DNA of 64,000 nucleotides from Octopus vulgaris (taxonomy: Eukaryota): positions 3,348,001 through 3,412,000 of the forward strand of contig OX597827.1 in assembly GCA_951406725.2 (NCBI GenBank), written 5' to 3'. The translations under genes and the position numbers were made by a program. The notes under the pieces were generated by a model. It made no database searches. It was not told the DNA's origin and saw only the letters and a list, made by a program, of their open reading frames with translations. Positions within the stretch are counted from its first letter, which is position 1. The number at the start of each line of letters is the position of its first letter. Positions 62,545 to 64,000 of this stretch are shown here, piece by piece.

Positions 62545-63114
62545 TACAAAAGACCATAATAGAGGAATTCAAAATTGGATGCCTATGGGAATTACTATAC
62601 ACTGATGACCTCGCTCTTATTGCAGAATCTGTAGCAGAATCAGAGAAGAAATTCCAGGCATGGAAGCAAAATCTGGAATAAAAGGGCCTTAAAGTTAACC
62701 TAGCTAACACCAAAGTTGTTGTTAGCCAGAAAGCAGATAAGACTCTAATTCCATAAGGCAAATGGCCCTGCTCAATCTGTAAGAGAGGAGTAAGAAGTAA
62801 TTCCATTCACTGCACCAAATGTAAGCTATTGACACATAAGAGATGCAGTGGAATCACAGCTAGATTAACAGATAAGGTCGCCTTTGTGTGTGGCAGGTGG
62901 GCAGGAATAATAAGCACTAAGAGTACACAGGACTTAGACTCTCTCAAATGTTCAGGAGGCTCTCTCAAGGTAGTAGATAGTTTCTGTTACCGAGGTAAGC
63001 AAATTAGCTATAGGGGTGAATGCTCTGAAAGTGTTGTCTCTAGAATACATATAGGATGGAGAAAGAGCTACTATGTCTGTTGGCAACAAAAAGACTCTCT
63101 GTCAGAGTGAAAGG
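62545..63114 (+). mobile_element. RTE LINE reverse transcriptase fragment (pseudogenised) with a PHD-like finger
   Basis: WELLYTDDLALIAES (YADD equivalent)...GLKVNLANTKV...CSIC..CTKC....H..C...CGRW...VVDSFCY.G...SRIHIGWRK; overlaps by homology with the 5' end of the RTE at 30985-32012. Confidence 0.9.
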
Positions 63115-63172
63115 TATATATGTATGCATGCATCTAAAGAAAGATATATATCATGTATCTATGTCCATATGG

Positions 63173-63229
<57 letters not shown>

Positions 63230-64000
63230 AATATATATGTACATATATATATACACACATATATACACACACACATACATACACACACACACATATATAT
63301 ATGTATGTATACATACATATACATATATAGAGACAGACAGACAGAAAGACACATTTTGTTTATTCATATATAAAAAAAATAAGCTACAGACAGAACTCTG
63401 TTCTAATTATAACAGAATAAATAATAATGCTTTTTTTTTTAAAAAAAAAATCAAATGCAACAAATATTACATCTATTTCTTTCCTCTGGGATTTCAGCAA
63501 CCAGCATGAGTACTACTTGGGGATGTAGAGGGGGTGCAATAGTGAGTGGTGATGATTATGATGGTGATGATGATGATTCTGTTGTTGTTGTTGTTGTTGT
63601 TGATGCTGCTGCTGCTGCTGCTGTTGGCATTGATGATAAAAATGAAAATAAAAATACAGAGAAAAAGGGATACTAATGGTGGAAGAGATATAAACATTGC
63701 AAATGTCCCAATTTTATCCTAATGGAAATAGCAAGATGACAAAATTGTAAGCAAATTTGTAAGCAAGAATACTGTTGTGAATTTAATACAAACACTTGTT
63801 TTGATAACCATCAAAGAAGGGGGTGGGTGGTGGTGGTGGGAGCAGCAGCAGTAGTGATGGTGGTGATGATAATGATTGCAATGATGTCCACTATTGTGAT
63901 GGTAACTGTGATTATTATAAGGGCTCTAATTATATTGATGATGATGATGATAATTGTTATGAAACATTTATGCTCTCCGCTGGACAAGTTGCATAATTAT

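Overview
AT-rich, microsatellite-dense eukaryotic DNA with no intact protein-coding gene that I can support; nearly all ORF-track entries are translations of (TA)n/(CA)n/(GA)n repeats or decayed transposons. From memory, the repeat families resemble those of a coleoid cephalopod (Octopus-like), but this is unverified. The window is a layered transposon landscape. It holds about 25 copies or fragments of one tRNA-derived SINE with a central microsatellite hinge and at least three other SINE families. Non-LTR fragments include many 3' tails of an RTE-clade LINE (two with ORF2 remnants, one carrying a PHD-like finger inside the RT), a second RTE lineage, CR1, R4/Dong-like and Penelope-like (GIY-YIG) pieces. 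DNA elements include a mariner relic, hAT, pogo/Tigger-like and piggyBac-like MITEs, and non-autonomous Helitrons. The most notable observations are: (1) five hammerhead-ribozyme-like motifs in small elements in or beside (TA)n tracts, one with an intact core and one with a compensatory A3-U8 core pair; (2) a 5S rRNA 5'-half fused to an RTE 3' tail; (3) SINE hinges acting repeatedly as landing pads for nested retro-insertions; (4) a mariner that has captured a copy of nearby flanking DNA. Coordinates of decayed repeats are approximate because they were read by eye.
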